Assembly (NCBI RefSeq): GCF_009914755.1
Contig: NC_060934.1
Length of the DNA: 64,000 nucleotides
Strand: one strand, 5' to 3'
DNA from: the human T2T-CHM13v2.0 reference genome, Homo sapiens
The notes beneath the pieces were generated by a model. That model was not told the origin of the DNA. It was given only the letters and a program-made list of their open reading frames with translations, and did not search any database. Each line of letters opens with the position of its first letter. Position 1 is the stretch's first letter. Both the position numbers and the translations under genes were made by a program. Shown piece by piece: positions 43,795 to 57,812 of the stretch.

Positions 43795-44179
43795 CTAAGC
43801 ATATATTATTAAAAGAAATACTTTCTGGAATAACCAATGTCCAAAACAGCTAAGTGGAAATTCCCTAGTTAATGCAACTTGCAACTCAGTTGACATTTGG
43901 TAAAACTAAGAAGTAGTGAAAATGTTGTCTTCTATCACTATCAGTAATGTGCAGTCCATAAGAATGATACTTAGCTCTAGGGCTTTAGAACTGACAGTCA
44001 TTTCTTTGATAATAGAAGTTTTAAAATGTACCAGTTCTACAAAGGTAAGTTTATTTAGATGAATTTTTTTTTTTTTACTGTAGATATTGGGACTTAATGA
44101 GACATGAATTATAAAATTGAAAACAGTTTAAAATCTCTACTTACAATTCATTCAGCCTATTGAAATTACAGTATTCCTG

Positions 44180-44620
44180 CTGGGATAGTTATTAAGGTAT
44201 TGTTTTTCAGCTCTGAACTCACCTTCCATTTGCTTTATGATTCTGCTCCTGGGATTCTGAAAACTATATTCTTCCTTTGCTGTTAAAGTATTCCAATAGG
44301 GTACAATGGAGAGAAAATAAGAAGCAGGAGGTACGAAAAAAAAGTGCTGCTTCCATTTTTTTTTTTTTCTTATTAGAGTCATCTCAGTAAAGGACCTTCC
44401 TATAAACAACAGCAATTTGTTCTAGTGTTTATTTTTTCCCTCTGCTACTTCCAGATTCAGCCTTTGGAGGGTACCAGCAGCAGTCAGGCGGCGACCTCTT
44501 CAGAACCTGAGGCTCAGGTCCAGGCCCTCACCTTCACACTTCTAGCTTCTGATAACACCCGATTCCTCCTTTATTGCCCCAGCCTTAGGAGATGGAGCTG
44601 CTTTGTGCAATTCCTATTTA
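44180..44620 (+). mobile_element. Old ERVL LTR (LTR33-like)
   Basis: ATTGTTTTTCAGCTCTGAACTCACCTTCC...CTGGGATTCTGAAAACTATATT resembles the start of LTR33. Confidence 0.45.
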
Positions 44621-44671
44621 TGACTAAAACTTTGTACGCATAGATTTCACAGGTAAAAGAGATTGTGATAA

Positions 44672-45822
44672 CAATACTTGTTATCATTTATCTTTTTGAT
44701 AATAGCCATCTGAATAGGTGTGATATCTTGTTATGGTTTTGAATTGCATTTCCCTGATAATAGTTATGATAAGCACTTACTGGCCATTTTTATATCTTGG
44801 CAAAAATGTTTATTTAGGTCCTTTGCCCACTTTAAAATTGGGTTATTTTATTTTATTTTTATTTTTACTCTTCAGTTGTTTGAGTTCTTTGTATATTTTG
44901 GATATTAACCAACATATGCTGGTTTACAAATATTTTCTTCCATTCCATGGGTTGTTTCTTCATTGTGTTGATTGTTTTCTTTGTTGTGCAGAGGATGATT
45001 TTTGGTTTGACACTATCCAATTTCTGTAGTTTTGCTTTTGTTGCCTGTGCTTTTGGGGTCATATCCAAAAATTATTTCCCAGAACAATGTCAAGGAGTTT
45101 TTCTCTTACTGTCTTCTTCTATTCATTTTATAGTTTCAAGTCTTATGTTTAAGTCTATAATCCGTTTTGAGTTGACTTTAGCATATTGAGTGAAATAAGG
45201 GTCCAACTGCAGTCATTTGCATGTGGATATTCAGTTTTCTCAAAATCATTTATTAAAGAGAATATCCTTTCCCCATTGTGTATTCTTGGAACTCATGTCA
45301 AACATAAGATGACTGTGAATGTCTGAATTTGTTTTTGGGCTTTCTATTCTGTTTCATTAATCTATTTGTTAATTTTAAGCCAGTACCTTACTCTTTTGAT
45401 TACTGTAGCCTTGTAATATATATTGTGAAATCAGAAAATTTGGTGCCTCCAGCTTTGTCCTGCTTGCTCAATATTATTTTAGATGTTCATGTCCTTTTGC
45501 GGTTCCATATAAATTTTAGGGTCTTTGTTTTTTATTCCTCTGAAAAATACAATTTGGATTTTTTATAGGGATTTCATTGAATCTTTAAATTGCTTTGTGT
45601 AGTGTGGACAGTTTAGCAATATTAGGTATTCTAATCCATAAACACAGGACATCTTTCCACTTGTGTCTTTTCAATTTCTTTCACCAGTGTTTTATAGTTT
45701 TCAGTGTACAGATTTTTTTTCTTCTTGGTTAAATTTATTCCTAATTATTTTATTTTTATGCTATACCACAAGGGATTGTTTTATTGATTTATTTTTCAGA
45801 CAGTTTGCTGTTAGTGTAACTA
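44672..45822 (-). mobile_element. L1M (MA/MB) ORF2 3' fragment
   Basis: Minus-strand peptide DMTPKAQATKAK...MKKQPMEWKKIF. Confidence 0.85.
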
Positions 45823-46073
45823 AATACTGTAAATTAGGTTCACTATGCAATAATTACCAAGTTGTCTGAGTCTGGTAAGGCAGAACGTCCACAGGCAACA
45901 AGTTACATGAAGATTTGACTTAGTTTGGATGTCTGGGGCAGCCAGGAGAAGAGCAGCTTCCTGCAGCCGTCCCTGCTATGCAAGGCTTGAAGACGGTGCA
46001 AAATTCATGCACCTTCTATAATAAGGTCATTTCAATGTAACCCCTTTATAGTGGCGATTTATATCAAATATAA

Positions 46074-46407
<334 letters not shown>

Positions 46408-47208
46408 GACTTTAAGATTTTAAAGACTCTAGGAAGACATTTTATCCTTAATTTTCTCTGTACATAACTACACTGATCAGGGAATCACGAATATCAAGTA
46501 CTTCTATTAAAATTTTGCAAATAGCTTTAAGAGTTCTGATTATAAAGGAAAATCAAAATCATATTATGAACCGTGTTTTACCTAAGGGGTCAGCATTCAA
46601 AACAAATATTAGAATTTCTACTGGGCTAAGGGTTTTAATTTATCCTATTGCTATCTTGTTATAAACTTATTTGAAAAACAGATCAACACAGACATTTAAA
46701 GAGAAATCTATTTTCTAGAGAATATTTCCATTCACTCTGAAATAGCAGCTTAGCATTTATAGCTGACAGTGCTATTTATCAGTGTACTGTGGTGTTTAGT
46801 AAAAATGATAGGTATGCAGAATGCTTTTCTATCTCATAAGAGGCAATTGTGATGTATCTATATGTAGGTTATTCAGTCTTACTACCATGTATTCTTTCTG
46901 AGAATACAATGAAATGAAAGAATCTGTAATTTTTAAGTGGTGTAATAAGGCTAAAGGTTACTGGATTAATAGAAAATTGTTCATTGCCATCTCCTTGCAA
47001 AGAACTTCCTGACCAGATTGGTCAGTCTGTTAAATCCTTTCATAGCTTGTTTAATTTCTTTTTGCGCAGTATTAAATACAGGCTTTATTAATTATTTATT
47101 GTTTCTTCCATCTTACCAGGATACAAGCTTTATGAAGTCAGGGACTTTGTTTTGTTCATCATTGTGTCCTGGCACAGTGCCTAACACATTTTAAATACTG
47201 AAAACCAA

Positions 47209-47458
47209 TTTTTTTAATTTTCATAGATTGAGGGGTACAAGTGCAGTTGTGTTACATAGATACATTGCATAGTGATGTAGTCTAGGCTTTTATTGTATCT
47301 ATTACCCAAATAGAGTACCTTGTACCCAATAGGTAGTATTTCAACCCTCCCTCCCTCCCGCACCCCCCCTTTTGGAGTCCCCAATGTCTATTATTTCAAT
47401 CTGTATATCTGTATGTACCTATTATTTAGCTCCCACTTATAAGTGGAAGTATGTGGCT
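47209..47458 (-). mobile_element. L1PB/L1MA 3'-end fragment inserted in an L2 tail
   Basis: GGGGTACAAGTGCAGTTGTGTTACATAGAT...TTTAGCTCCCACTTATAAGTG. Confidence 0.8.
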
Positions 47459-47499
47459 TCAAAAACAGTTCTATTTTTAGATTAATGAATAAAATTTAT

Positions 47500-48510
47500 G
47501 TTTCCATTTTATCTCCAGGACTGGCTTATTAGTTATACTTTCTTGGGTTTACATTATACATCGTTAACTTATCTCGGTTTAACTTTAAATATTACATTAG
47601 TTGACTTTAGTTGACTTACTGTATAAGGAGAAAATTCCATCTTCTCTATTATATTCTTTACATTATTATTGTCATATATTTTAGTTTTATATGTTAAAAG
47701 ACTCATAACACATTATATTTGCTTTAAACAGTTAATTATATTTTAGATTAGTATAGATAAGAAAAATATATTTTATATTACCGTCATTTTTATTATTTCT
47801 GGTGCTTTTTATTTCTTTGTGTTATCCAAAGTTCTATCCAGTATCATATTTCTTCTGTCTGAAAAATTTCTTCTACCATTTATTGTACTTCAGATCTGTA
47901 GGCAATAATTTTTCTCTGTTTTTCTTTGTCTTTCATTTTTCAAATATACTTTGCTAGTTATAGAATTCTGGTTGAAAGCTTTTTTTCTTCCAATACTTTA
48001 AAAATATTGATACTTTTTATTGTGGCTTGAATATTTTCTGAAAAGAAATCTTACGTAATTTTTGTCTTTCTTGGTTTCTCTGTATATATCTTTTTTCTGT
48101 AGCTGCCTTAGGGAGTCCTCCTTTTCTTTTATTCTTAGCAGTTTTGTTACGCTATATCTAGGTTTTTGTTTTTCCTTTTACTATTTATTCTGTTTGGGGT
48201 TTCTTGAGCTTCTTTCATCTGTGGTTCTTGGTCCTTTTTAAATTTTGATGGATTCTCAACCATCACCTCTTCAAATATGTCATTGTTGCCGTTCTTTCAT
48301 CTCTTCTGGGACTCCAGTGAAACATACCTTAAATTGTTTGATATTGTCCCTCAGCTCTTGAATGTTGTTATACTTCTTTTCTTTACTTTTTCTCTTTGTG
48401 TTTCAGTTTAAGGAATTTCAATGGACTTATCTTCAAGTTCACCAATTCTTTTCTCAGCTGAGTCTACTCTGCTAATATAACCATTGAGGTCATTCTTCAT
48501 TGCTGATATG
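47500..48510 (-). mobile_element. Old L1M ORF1-region remnant
   Basis: T-rich diverged L1 (TATAGAATTCTGGTTGA, CTTATCTTCAAGTTCAC). Confidence 0.6.
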
Positions 48511-51342
48511 GTATAGATATTTTCAACTTAGCATGGACTGAGATCACTCAATCACCTGTATTTACATGGCTGCTGTACTGAAAAGTCTAATAAAGCTTTA
48601 CTGATACATTTTGCAGCTTATTTCATTTCCATTTGGCTTTGCTTTTTATCTGATCTCTCCTAATTCAGTAATAAAGCACAATTTTCTTTACAGCCTGATG
48701 ATTGGGATCCCCATAGAGAAAGTAGAACCTACCAGGTCTATTACAGGATAGGCCTGGAAGTGGCAGTGCATCACTTCTGCTATAGTTTACTAATAAAGTC
48801 AAGTGACGAGGCCAGCCTAGAAAGTAAAGGTGACTCTTGCAACAAAAATAAAATTGGCTTACTCCTCTGGTGAGAAGGTCTTTGGAAGAATGTCCATCAT
48901 TACTCCTGAATTTGCTTCCAGCAACATTCTGGAGTCATTGTATTTGAAGAAGTGGTCAACAGAGTAATCAATGAGCTTCAACTGTGGTAGAAAAATAGAC
49001 ACTGTCATATTCTGTAATTTTGTTTAGAATATAATTAGACCGACCCATTTAGCAGTCTGAGACTTCTCAGCAGCCTATTTGTAAGTAATTTATAACTTGC
49101 CTACCAACTCACTCAATTTTTATTAGGACTAATTTAAAGCCCTTATGGTGTTCTATAGGCTTTTAAGTCTATTTCAGAGCTTGAAAGTTTAATGCTTTAA
49201 TTTGATACATTATCACCTTAAATTCTATATGTACAATGCACATTTTGATACTCACAACATATCTAAAAGTATGAGGAGAAACAATACTCTAAAAGTTGAC
49301 TCATGTAAGGAGTCTGTGCCTATCTACATTCGTGTCAAACTCTGATCATAATCAAAATTTATATTGTTTTGCTTTTTTTTTCCCGACTGTGTTCAAAACA
49401 GATGTTCACCATTTGCTCTCAGATGGATGGAGACCACTGTGATAATGTTGCTAGGTAATGTTGCAGATGTTTCAAGAGGAATCCTTAAAACTAGATATTC
49501 ACTTATGATGATAGAACATGCAATTTTACATGTGATGGTATTAGAAAATTAAACTGTATGTGGATCTATAAACAAGATTTTTAATGCAAAAAAACGAAGT
49601 GTTATTTCTCTCATGCAACAATTATTTCCTAAATCTATTTAGCATCTTTTAGTGATTGCTTAGGCTATGACTCAATAAATCTCCAGATTATATTGATAAT
49701 AATCTTAAAGTTATTTTGTTTTATTTCATTTTATTTGTTTTCATAAGGCTTGCATTACCTAAATGTCATCAAATTAGTTCAAATTGCACCTTCAATGAAA
49801 AAGATAACTGGGTACATTGGTGTGCTAGCTGGTAGGTTCTCACATTTTAAAAGGACATAAAGTTATGCCTGTCTAAAAGCTGAGTACATGACCCATCAGA
49901 TATTCCCTTTGATTATTATATTTTTTACCTTTTGTTAAGAGCTTGTTTTGATATTCAACAATGTCTTGCACATAATGTGCTCAGTACATGTCAATGAAGT
50001 GATTGTTTAAGAAAGAAAATACTATATTTTGTTACAGTTACATATTTTGAAATAAAGTGTTAATATCTCTGGCAACAGGATTACATAAATCCATTGGATA
50101 GTAACCATCTCATGTAAGAGATTTTTTTTCCTTAGATTAACTATCAATGCAACCTTATGATCATTGTTAGAATTCTTGAATTTTTTTCATAGCTGTGTAA
50201 CCAAACACCTCTTTTCCTGACTATCACTTGGCACAGGTTAGAAAGGTGAGGGAGGGGAAGAACGATGAGGGAAAGAATGTTAGAAATTATTAAGAAATTA
50301 TCTTCTAAGATAATTCTAAGATTCTACAATTCTAAAAACTTTAAAACAAAATGACTATTAACTGGTGCCACAGATGAGACTTACCAGTATCAGCTTATTA
50401 TATTTTATTTTGGTTTCCATTATAACGTAATATATTATATTTTAATATATTTTAAGTAAAATAATACTATTTTATATTATAATAATAATAAACCATATAA
50501 ATTTGTGCTTTTACTGTTATAATACTGAATTTTTTGAAGGTTTGACATTGGATTTAAATTCAAGAATAATGTATATACCACTGTATATTACTTTTTAAAT
50601 TGAAGCATAATTGTAATTGACATGGGAAAGAGATGATGCTTTCACTTTCTAGCTAACATCAAGTTGATTGCATGTGGATATTTTCCAAAACAGCATTTCT
50701 CACCCTAAAATTTCAGGAGTTGGGAAAGTGAGGCTTATCGTATTTCATGTAGAAATGCTGAAAAAAGAAAACTGGTTGATCTATGAAAAAATCTTTGTCA
50801 TCAGATTGTTTTGTTGAAATGCCATTTCAGAGTTTAGATTTTTGATCCTTTCTCCTGTCTTTAGCCACATATATATGCAAATGAAAGGAACATAAAACCA
50901 TTTATCTTACTGTTTTCCAATATCAAAATGCAAACTGTTACTTTGAGTCCATCCACGTTTCTTTTTCAGCTGCCTTAATCTTTCATGAAATTTAAATGGA
51001 AAAGCTTCATCTTGAACAATATAGTGTGAGTTTGCATTATTCAAAATTAATTTATATTTCAAAAATTTCTATACATAAACTAGTGCTTGAATTTGTTATC
51101 GAAAGTTTCATTTTCAAAATTAAATAGTGGACTTAATGTAAACAATCTAATAAAGGCTGGAAACAAATTTACCTGCAGAGGTGTGCAGTTAAAAGGACTT
51201 CTGTCATTCTATTTCTGAAAATAACTGTTTGCTGTGTAGGTCAGGTGGCATTGAATTTATAAACTGCATTGAAGAAAATGCAGAGGATAGGCCAAGACAT
51301 TGCTATGGATAAAAATCAGCCACCCTAACCAGGGACGACAAA

Positions 51343-51680
51343 GGGTTTTACCATAACAGTAACAAATCAGTGTATCTCTGCTTCTGACTTGGCAGTCCCC
51401 ATAATTGCCCTCTCAAGGCATATCTCCAGTATGATCTGCAAGCTGGTCCTGTGGGAATCAATATGGTATCCACAATTTGTCTACTGTCTTGACCTGGTAA
51501 GCTACCTATATCCACAGCTATACGGTCCAAAAATCGCTGCCAGTGCTGGTTGCTGGAGGCCACTGACTTCTGGCTTATGGTTACTGATGCCTGTTGCTGG
51601 GTGTGCTAATGTACAGGCCAAGGATGCTGTACTTCGTGCCCTGAACTGCTTAAAACAACAATACCGTCCAATGTTGAGAG
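51343..51680 (-). mobile_element. Decayed Gypsy/Ty3-type integrase remnant (MamGyp-int-like)
   Basis: Frameshifted peptides IVV-KQFRA-EV.., FLDRIAVDIGSLP, TAKSEAE..ICYCYGK in the canonical integrase order. Confidence 0.55.
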
Positions 51681-52241
51681 ATTTTTGTGTCTCATTGCTG
51701 AAGCCACTGGCACTTAATACTGCTGTCACCTTGACTTTTCAAATTTCCAATTTATTAGTTCAGACATAGTTTTTGAGTCATAACTCTGTTGCCTGAGGAT
51801 TCAGGCATGAGTCCACGAAGCTTGTATCAGAGGATAGACTAAATGAATGGCACTGCTAGTGTTCAACATCTCCCCTCCCTTTGGACACAAGCCAGTTTTA
51901 TTTTGCACCAACTTTCACCTTTTGACTCTCTTTTCTCATGGGGTGAGATTTTTTTATAGTGGTCTCCATCATAACTTATGAAAACTGAACATTGAAAAAC
52001 GCAATCTCGGGTCACCTGAAAATAGTACGACCTATCTGAGCTGTAGTGAGAAAATTAGGCACTAGTTTTAATTAACATCATACTAACAGAGATTAAATAA
52101 ATACAATATTTTCAATACAGTTTTACTTTTTTCCCTATTTTATATTGGGGAGAATATTGGGTGAAGAAGAGGAAGACAGTATTTTACTGTACCAATTGTA
52201 TTAATCTTCTCTTGGCCCCCAATTATTTTATACTGTAAAAA

Positions 52242-52310
52242 AGGAGAAGACTTTCTCTGGAGATGTGAATAGAGTCTTAGGAGAAGACTTTCTCTGGAGA
52301 TGTGAATAGA
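52242..52310. repeat. Perfect 32-bp direct duplication with a 5-nt spacer
   Basis: AGGAGAAGACTTTCTCTGGAGATGTGAATAGA at 52242-52273 and 52279-52310. Confidence 0.97.
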
Positions 52311-52395
52311 CATTGTTGCTGATGCACATCTATTCTGACCTACTTGTAGTAGTTTATATACTAGTAGTATATTTGCTAAGAAATGAAAAAAGGCA

Positions 52396-52971
52396 TGTAT
52401 ATTAGCCAGAATTCTCCAGAGAAACAGAACCAATGGATAATAAATCTCTCTATATAAATAGATACGTATGTATATATGTGTATATGTATGTATATGTGTA
52501 CACATATATGTACACATATGTACACATATATATACACACATATTATATTTACTTATTATAAGGAATTGGCTCCCATGATTATGGAAGCTGAGAAGTTCCA
52601 AGAAAGGTAGTGGCAAGCTGAAGACCTAGGAGAGTGAGTGGTATAGCTCTAGTTCAAGGCCAAAGGTCTGAGACCAAGGAGAGTCAATGGTCTAAATTCT
52701 AGTCTAAGTTTATGAGAAGACCCATGTTCCAGTTCAACAGCCAGGCAGGTGAATGAAGTTCCATCTTATTCAGCCTTTTTATTCTATTCAGATCCTCAAC
52801 TGATTAGGTGAAATCCCACATTAGGGAGGGCCATTTGCTTTACTCAAGTCTATCAATTCAAATGTTAATCTCATCTAGAAATATCCTCAAAGACATACTC
52901 CGAATCCTGTTTGACCAAGTATCGGGGCACCCTATGCCCAGTCAAATTGACACGAAAAATTAACCCCCACA
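52396..52971 (-). mobile_element. MLT2 (C-like) solo LTR with an internal (TA/TG) tract
   Basis: TTCTCCAGAGAAACAGAACCAAT at the left end and CAGTCAAATTGACACGAAAAATTAACCCCCACA at the right end. Confidence 0.88.
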
Positions 52972-53284
52972 ACCAGGATCTGTGTCAGTTTGTATAAGCA
53001 TTGGTGACAATCTGCTAAACACAGAACTGCCTGAGATTTTTTTTTCCACAAGAGTGAATATAGAATTCACTTTTTATAAGAGGCTACTCTTTTGTTTGAG
53101 AAAGAAAACAACTCCATTGGACCTCTTAGTTAGATGAAAGTAATGCCTTGATCTTACTCTGAAATAGAGAACAGTTTAAAAATTTTCCTCCTTATGGGTA
53201 GGGTGGCACTTCTAGCAAGATGCTAACTAGGGGAAGAATTCTTTCTTCCTTTATGCAAAGCAATAATTTGGATGGATGGGCTTT

Positions 53285-53545
53285 GAAAATATTATGCTAA
53301 GTGAAAGAAGCCAGAAACAAATGGAATGATTCCATTTATATGAATTATCCAGAATAGGCAAATCCATAGATGAGAAAATCCATTAATTGTTGTTAGGGGC
53401 TCTGGGAAATATGGATTCTTTCTGATGTGATAAAAATGTGATAGAACTAGATATTGGTAATTGTTACAAAAAGTCACTGGATTTTACACTTTAAGATGGA
53501 TAAAATGATAAAATTTACATTATGTTCATTTTGCTACAATAAAGG
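53285..53545 (+). mobile_element. L1MB/MC 3' fragment
   Basis: ATTATGCTAAGTGAAAGAAGCCAG...TCCAGAATAGGCAAATCCATAGA. Confidence 0.75.
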
Positions 53546-53759
53546 CCAACAAACAAAATTTTAAAACCAATGAGTTAAGAGTCTAGAACCCTGGGCTGTT
53601 AGTGTCAAAAGGATTTATTCCTCATAATGGGAAGTAAACCAGCATCTAAATGATGGTGGGGAGAAGTTGGTGCTTAGGCAAGAGAAATCAAGCAGGTGAC
53701 CCCATATGAAGGGATTTGGCAAGTTGGCTCCATCAGAAGTGATATCAAGGACTTCAGAT

Positions 53760-54301
53760 TTCTATGCATAACAAACTTCTCCAAAACTCAGCATGTTAAA
53801 ACAATAAGTTATCATTTCTTATGATTCTGTATGTTAATTGGGTTGTTCTTCTGCTCCAGGAGGTATGGCTGGGATCACTTATCCAGTTGTCCTCTTCTGG
53901 GGGATGGGTGGAACTAAAAGTTCAGGGAGGGCTCATTCACACTCTGAAGGTTTGGTGCTTCCTGCTAGCCAGGGCTCCTCAACTTTCCTTCATGTGCCCT
54001 CTCTCTCCTTATGACTCATCTTCCAGGGCTTCTCTAAGGGATGTCACTTTGTAGTAGAATAACCTGATTTTATGATGACATGGTGACTGAGTTCTAAAAA
54101 AGTAGAAGTTAAAAGTCACTTGAAAATTAGGCCCCAAACAGATACAATATCATTTCCATAAAATTTTATTGATCAAAGCGCTTCGTTTGGTCAGTTCATA
54201 TTCAAAGGGTGGGGAATTTAACTCTGTATATTCATTGCAGGAACAGAGTGCTCCTATAAACAGAGAAAGTTTCATGGCCATTTTTGAATAATATCTACCA
54301 T
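53760..54301 (-). mobile_element. Old MLT1 MaLR LTR
   Basis: GCATAACAAACTTCTCCAAAACTCAGC...GGCCATTTTTGAATAATATCTACCA. Confidence 0.6.
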
Positions 54302-55456
54302 GAACATCTACCTTTATATTTTCCTTCTTAGCTTTTTAATTTTATCTCCAATCCTTAGGTACAGTAATTTAACATTATGAAGGTTTTTTTGTTGCCTGTG
54401 TTCCAATGAATTAAGAAATTTGTCAATGTCCATTCTGCATGGAAGGAGAAAAAGGAAAATGGCCGGGTTATGTCACAGTGACTAAGGGAGGTCCTTCAAG
54501 AAATGGAAAGGCTGTCTGGGGTAAAATGGCTGGGGAAGGTAGTAAGTGAGAAACAAAATAGTTTTGTGGAGCAAGCAAGTATTTTGTAGGGATTCTCAGA
54601 AACAAGAAGGGGAGCATATTGAAAGACTTCCCTCAGTAATTCATAATTGAAGCTCATACTAAATTTGGGGTTCTCAAATAAGAAAAATGACTCCATAAGA
54701 CTGGACAATGTAGAATCATATATGTTACATATGGACATCAAATAAAGCATCTACATCCATTTTATCTGGATATTGGAAAAGAGGTACACAGCAACCAAAA
54801 GGGCAGATGTCTCCAATGGAGTCATGAAGTCCATGAAGTATCAAACATATAGCTCTAATATCATATTCACAAGGTAACTGCCCTTGTAAAACATTAAGAG
54901 TGATTTCTTAAATATAAAACAGTGTGATAATTTAAGAAGGAATTATGATCAAGAACAGATGTTCGGTTAAATATTTGAGTCAATAATATTATTGTCCTTC
55001 GTTGCATGTCCATCAGCACAAAAATATTTTAATTACTTTCAATTATAGGCTTCTAGATATATTACTTATAAAAGCATTTTAAAATTTGCCTTGGTCTACT
55101 TTCACCATTGCTATTGAAAAACAGAGTGGCATATTTCAGAGCTAAGATAAATTAATACAATGAAATATTATTTTAGGGATATCTGAACCCAATATGCAAA
55201 TGGGATTCTAGAGAAATGGCAAATAAATAATTTGACTTCCTATGTTATCATTTAAGTGCCATTAATTTCTAAAAGGCAGAATAATTTGGTGTTAAAAGTA
55301 ATATGGTCATCATCTGTATATAATAAGCAAAAACACTTTGCTTATTATTACAAGGGAATATATATTACAAGTTGGTAAGTAACATGGGCTCTTTATAGCA
55401 CATGTTTTTCTTATTGGAAAAGGATTATATGGTAATATTTTAAATTAAGAATGAAA

Positions 55457-55767
<311 letters not shown>

Positions 55768-57700
55768 TTATGAACAGACCTCTACTGAAGGAAAAACTAT
55801 CTCCTGGATTCAAGCTATATTAAGCATTAATTAGTGGTATCATCCCTGTAGCACCTGAACAACACCTCAGAACAGATAGTAGTGGCCATGAGACTGGAGC
55901 GGTGAGCTGGCATCCTCTTTTGTGCCTTGTATTACCCCTTTAGTTGATGGATTGAAGGGAGGCTTCCAGATTAGTGAGGGAGAACTTGGGGGGAGTGGGA
56001 GATGAGGGAGTGGGGCGGTGGCTGTTGATCAACTGGAATGCAGATCTTTACATATTTTAATAATATGCATATTTATGTGATAGAAACATGTTTGCAATTC
56101 AGTCTTGACTTTTTTTTTTCCTATTTTTAAAAAAAACTGTATTTCTTAAGCACCTAGGTTGAAGTTTGCTAGCAAAGAGAAATATCTAGTTTCTCGTCTC
56201 AAAAACATTAATAGCTACCTAAAGAAAAGCAGCTAAAATGTCTAGAAAGCCAAATAAATTTTATATTTAGGTATAAATTGTTTGGAGAAGATTGTAAGTG
56301 TTATGTAAATTAAAGAAGGGAGACTCCTCTGTGGCCAGGAGTAATTGAGGAATAGAAAATTTACTGCGAAGTAATTGGAATTTGGATTTGAGGGGTGGAC
56401 AGGGGATAAAATAGGCATGGAAAAGGATGTAGATAGAACATTCCTCAGGTAACGAGAACAGATAAGCAAAGGAAAGGGATGCCCATTCCTCCCTTGAGCA
56501 CAAGGGCAGATTGTAGACAGGCCTGTGTAGGTGCTAATGGCTCGTGTGTATGCCATGTTGACATGTTAGATTGATGTCAGGGATATTTTGATAATGTTGA
56601 GTAGCAAATCAATTCACTTTTTAATTCTTCTTTTTTTTCAATTATCAAGTAATATGTACAACACATTTGCTAATTTTCATTCTATGTCTTAGCCACATTT
56701 CTTGCAGATTCCAAGCCCCATAGAAAAAGATCCCCTGGGTCAAAATAGCCTTGTTAAAATGGACACCAGAGTTCAACTCTGAAAAACTGGACTCTAAAAT
56801 AGTTACACTTGAAAGGCTAAAGTTAGCAGTTCAGGCCTAGAATTAATTTTTAAAGTCCACTCCTGGGTCAAGTGCAGTACCTATTAAGAAAGACAGCACA
56901 AGAGGGAGAAGCTATCTATTTGTATCCCTTTTTGTGTTTCTCTAGAAGGAACAGTAACTCATGTGAGGCAAAATCAAGCAAACGTCTTAATTTTGCTATC
57001 CAAGACTCTAACTTGGAACTACAGAGTATTGAGGTGTGTGTCCTCTGACAAGTGATAGCTTAATAGGCTATATTTTTGAGATTAAAAAACATACCAAAAT
57101 ATAGCCGATAGATAAAAATAGGTGAAAACATATAGATTTTTATTTAGTTTCTCACAACATCATACCTATGATAACCAATATTAAAACAGGAGTTGTCTGC
57201 TCTTAAGAGTTTATGTTCATCTTTTCTATATTTTTAATCTTTATGCAAGAGGTGAGCCAATCTTATGAATAAAGGTTACATGTTGAAACTTAGCAAAATA
57301 ATTTTCTGAATACAAGCATATACTATCAAAAATGATGAAATGTAAACAAAGATGTGCTCAGATTATTTCTCCCTCACAATTACATGTCTACAGTGCTTTC
57401 TTGCTAGGCATGTCTGAGTTTTAAGAAAGATATGCAAAATATTTTACAAATCATGGGTACCCACCTAAACAAAAGAGATCCAGCATAAAAAGGTATGCGA
57501 CTACACTGATGCAAAACAACTGATTATTAGGTCCTTATATTTTCTCTCTAAATAACATGTGACAGCAGTCACAGTCTATACACTACACCATTTGCAACTT
57601 CTTTTTATCCGGCTTAATGATATCATGTATAATCCTTAGGAAAGAAAATAATTATTATCTTCGAGGATTAAGTTAGAAAATCAAGGAAGCATAAGAATTT

Positions 57701-57812
57701 TCCCTCCCTCCCTCCCTCCCTTCCTGCCTTCCTTCCTTCTTTCCTTCCTTCCTTCATTCCTTCCTTCCTTCTTTCCTTCCTTCCTTCCGTCTTCCTTCCT
57801 TCCTCTTTCTTT
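57701..57812. repeat. (CCCT)n/(CCTT)n polypyrimidine simple repeat
   Basis: Directly visible. Confidence 0.95.

Noticed and set aside
51389-51769. 126-aa + strand ORF as a novel gene
   Set aside because: Starts at TTG, lacks clear splice or promoter context, and is better explained as the antisense of a decayed integrase.
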